Source: Thermoanaerobaculia bacterium
GTDB lineage: Bacteria; Acidobacteriota; Thermoanaerobaculia; Multivoradales; UBA5704
Reading direction: 5' to 3'
NCBI GenBank assembly: GCA_044866775.1
Contig: JBIOUG010000136.1
Span: 7,709 to 71,708 of the forward strand
Length of the DNA: 64,000 nucleotides
Shown: positions 62,972 through 64,000 of the stretch, one piece after another
Layout of the letters: every line of letters begins with the position of its first letter
Numbering within the stretch: position 1 is the first letter of the stretch
Position numbers and translations under genes: made by a program
Notes under the pieces: model-generated
The model's database searches: none
The model's input: the letters and a program-made list of their open reading frames with translations, nothing else
What the model was told of the DNA's origin: nothing

Positions 62972-64000
62972 CCGCTCTGCCTCGCCCGCGGCAGCAGGCT
63001 GCGCGCCGCCGCCAGAGCGCCGCCCGGGCCCGCCTCCGCCACCACGCCGGTCCCCTCGACGACCTCCCCTCCCCACCTGAATCTCTTCCATCCCCAGCCC
63101 AGGATCACCACCGCCACGACGAGCGCGCCGATCACGGCGCCGCAGCCGTCGTCGCTCGACCAGCCGTGCTGGACGACGCTCGTGCCGATGAAGCAGGCCG
63201 CCGCCTCCGAGCCGACCAGCATGAGCGCGCGGTAGAGGTCGTTGCCCGGCGCCTTGCCGTAGGCGATGCCGCCGTCCTCGGCGTCCACCACGACCTGGTA
63301 GGAGCGGCCGCGGAAGCGGTAGCGCACCACCCAGAGCGGGTAGTAGATGACGCTCATCCGCTCGCGCAGCATCGCCTGGTAGCGGAAGCGGACGCGCTTC
63401 AGGCCCTTGCCCGGGTCGGTCTCCTGGCGGAACTGCGCGAGCGCGCCCTCCCGCGCCTCGTTCTCGGAGCGCGTCGGCGGGAAGACCATGCCGGCGCGCT
63501 CGAGGGCGCCGGCGTCGAAGGGGAGGAGGCGGTCGCCGGCGAGGTTGACGCGCTGCACCCCCCACTCGGCCACCTGGACGGCGGCGAAGGTCGAGTCGCA
63601 CGGCCGCTCGACGACGCGCTCGACGTCCACCTCGTAGGTCTGGGTGCGGCGGTTCTTGCCCGAGCCGACGGTGCGTTGGCGCTCCTCGGTGCCGAGGGCG
63701 ATCCCCACGGCGTCGGCCTCGACGCGGAAGAAGGGCAGGAAGCAGAGGAAGGACTCGGCGAGCTCGGCCTCCTTGGGCAGGCGGCGGTCCTTGTTCCAGC
63801 CGCTGCCGAGCCAGCGCAGCGCCGCCTCGCGCGCCGCGGCGGCGTCGAGCTTGGGCTCGACGGCGAAGCGCCGCACGCCGGTCTCGCCGCCGACCAGGAG
63901 GTGGGTGCCGCAGTACGGGCAGGCGAGGACGCGCAGGCCGGTCTCGACCTCGAGGACGCCGGCGCAGGCGGGGCAGGAGAGGCCGGTGACGCGGGCCGGC
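62968..64000 (-). CDS. zinc-ribbon protein with a C-terminal TM segment, unknown function (5' end outside the window)
   Basis: The frame stays open upstream of the track start to the window edge: ...LSCPACAGVLEVETGLRVLACPYCGTHLLVGGETGVRRFAVEPK.... Later comes IYYPLWVVRYRFRGRSYQVVVDAEDG and a C-terminal hydrophobic stretch AVIGALVVAVVILGWGW. Confidence 0.65.
   Translation of the reverse strand, partial: PARVTGLSCPACAGVLEVETGLRVLACPYCGTHLLVGGETGVRRFAVEPKLDAAAAREAALRWLGSGWNKDRRLPKEAELAESFLCFLPFFRVEADAVGIALGTEERQRTVGSGKNRRTQTYEVDVERVVERPCDSTFAAVQVAEWGVQRVNLAGDRLLPFDAGALERAGMVFPPTRSENEAREGALAQFRQETDPGKGLKRVRFRYQAMLRERMSVIYYPLWVVRYRFRGRSYQVVVDAEDGGIAYGKAPGNDLYRALMLVGSEAAACFIGTSVVQHGWSSDDGCGAVIGALVVAVVILGWGWKRFRWGGEVVEGTGVVAEAGPGGALAAARSLLPRARQSG

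Overview
This is a high-GC bacterial chromosomal segment; hand-counted 60-nt lines in core genes run about 75-80% G+C. I can support about 57 protein genes and found no rRNA, tRNA or CRISPR array. The gene content points to an Acidobacteriota-like organism (inference only): tandem GWxTD-like/VWA proteins of the acidobacterial VWFA type, a CarboxypepD_reg-type TonB-dependent receptor, and a Reg_prop/Y_Y_Y sensor. Housekeeping genes: nadE (3' end), rsmI, mnmA plus a cysteine desulfurase, maf, a trmJ-like gene, eda and an apgM-like gene, ggt, and groES-groEL with a CIRCE operator. Metabolic genes: kynA with a kynureninase-like gene, an aryl-CoA ligase, and a minus-strand block resembling the aerobic 2-aminobenzoyl-CoA (anthranilate) pathway (OYE-like reductase, DUF72, FAD monooxygenase, then acyl-CoA dehydrogenase, enoyl-CoA hydratase, RidA, SDR). 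The window also carries cyanophycinase plus cyanophycin synthetase, a TonB receptor plus D-aminoacylase, and several regulators (ECF sigma, two XRE, AraC, a Ser/Thr kinase, an HD-GYP sensor). Because of the GC content nearly every frame is open, so most long Arg/Pro/Gly-rich ORFs in the track are artefacts, and I redefined many starts by hand. Main unusual items: (1) two facing arrays of an exactly 21-nt periodic repeat in a 1.1 kb gene-free gap at 59.2-59.7 kb; (2) a 34-nt REP-like hairpin family with at least 10 copies and a compensatory stem variant; (3) a roughly 230-nt structured repeat in two copies with a compensatory change in an internal hairpin; (4) a split and reordered version of the normally fused aminobenzoyl/salicylyl-CoA monooxygenase-reductase; (5) five AT-richer islands carrying orphan genes, one with a Phd/VapC module; (6) an uncharacterised operon at the right edge with two zinc-ribbon proteins, a membrane protein and a frameshifted DUF4272 gene. 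Every function here comes from reading the translations. No database search was run.
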